A stretch of 64,000 nt of DNA from Candidatus Methanoperedenaceae archaeon. Its GTDB lineage: Archaea; Halobacteriota; Methanosarcinia; Methanosarcinales; Methanoperedenaceae. The stretch is from NCBI GenBank assembly GCA_963753595.1, contig CAVWCX010000001.1, forward strand, positions 32,001-96,000. The letters are read 5' to 3'. A program made the translations under genes and the position numbers. The notes under the pieces are model-generated. The model worked only from the letters and a program-made list of their open reading frames with translations, did not search any database and was not told where the DNA came from. Position 1 is the first letter of the stretch; each line of letters begins with the position of its first letter. Positions 63,281 through 64,000 of the stretch are shown piece after piece.

Positions 63281-63646
63281 ATGACAACAATAGAAATGCT
63301 TGAAAAGGCCTTGAAGGAGATTAATAATGTCGGAGGGGTCGAAGCATCTGCTGTGGCAAGCAGGGATGGTTTATTGATATGTTCAACAATATCCAAAAAA
63401 CAGCATGCTGAAACATTTGTAGCAATGTCCGCTACAATGGTGGGGGCAGCCGAAACAGCAACTATGGAGCTTGGAAAAGGCCTTCCGGACAGAATTATCG
63501 TGGAGTCCAAAAATGGAAGAATAATTGGGACCGGAGCCGGACCGAAAGCGTTACTATTGGTCATGACCAGGCCGGATGCAGGTCTTGGATTAGTTTTGAT
63601 CGAGATGGCAAAATCTTCAGAAAAGATCAGGGAGATCCTGGGTTAA
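63281..63646 (+). CDS. Roadblock/LC7 domain protein
   Basis: ASAVASRDGLLI, AMSATMVGAAE. Confidence 0.9.
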   Translation: MTTIEMLEKALKEINNVGGVEASAVASRDGLLICSTISKKQHAETFVAMSATMVGAAETATMELGKGLPDRIIVESKNGRIIGTGAGPKALLLVMTRPDAGLGLVLIEMAKSSEKIREILG

Positions 63647-63661
63647 TATTCGAGGAATAAA

Positions 63662-64000
63662 ATGAAAAAGGTAATGACGGGGATAAAAGGTCTGGATGAT
63701 ATTCTGGGAGGAGGTTTCCTGCGGCCATCAATTGTATTGATATCCGGCACGGCCGGGACTGGAAAAACAACACTGGCAATGCAATCAATTTTTAACTCGG
63801 CAAAAAAAGAGGAAATCTGCATGTATATAACTGCACTTTCCGAGCCAATTGCCATGATCAATAACTTCATGTCACAATTCTCTTTCTATAACATTTCGCT
63901 TCTTGGAAAAGGCAATGTCAAGTATGTGCCTATCGATATCGATATCATTCATAAGGGTTCTGAAGCGATCATTAAGGAAATGGAACGCAATATTGAAATA
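63662..64000 (+). CDS. KaiC/RAD55-like ATPase, 5' part
   Basis: TGIKGLDDILGGG..LISGTAGTGKTT; runs off window. Confidence 0.88.
   Translation, partial: MKKVMTGIKGLDDILGGGFLRPSIVLISGTAGTGKTTLAMQSIFNSAKKEEICMYITALSEPIAMINNFMSQFSFYNISLLGKGNVKYVPIDIDIIHKGSEAIIKEMERNIEI

Overview
Archaeal window; gene content points to Methanosarcinales, most likely Methanoperedens/ANME-2d-like (inferred from a DUF1608 S-layer protein, methanogenesis marker 8, DUF22, FEN1, archaeal LeuRS and an Ehr complex). 1-12.5 kb is an IS-riddled accessory region: five IS copies from four families, hicBA, an HNH protein and a secreted protein, separated by a repeated palindromic element. 12.5-37 kb is a large sulfur-acquisition region: metYXW, two wHTH regulators, an SsuABC-like transporter, ATP-dependent 2-hydroxyacyl-CoA dehydratase/double-cubane-type proteins, MFS pair, leuCD-like pair, a Met/Cys-poor S-layer protein and a DsrEFH/TusA relay. 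Its promoters share a TTGCC-N36-TTGCTGATTT-TATA operator. Main finding: four short leader ORFs share the motif AGA AGG RAT NNN YTT TGY (R-R-D/N-x-L/F-C). In every case the downstream reading frame lies in +1 and opens across the YTT-T slip site. This looks like a prfB-type +1 ribosomal frameshift triggered by a hungry cysteine codon, i.e. a Cys-tRNA-sensing translational switch on a transcription factor and the sulfur-relay operon. 37-64 kb holds a decaying UvrD-nuclease, VapBC, tRNA-Glu, a duplicated DUF22/Zn-finger pair, fen1, the Ehr/Hyf-like complex, purE, glycosylation genes and leuS.
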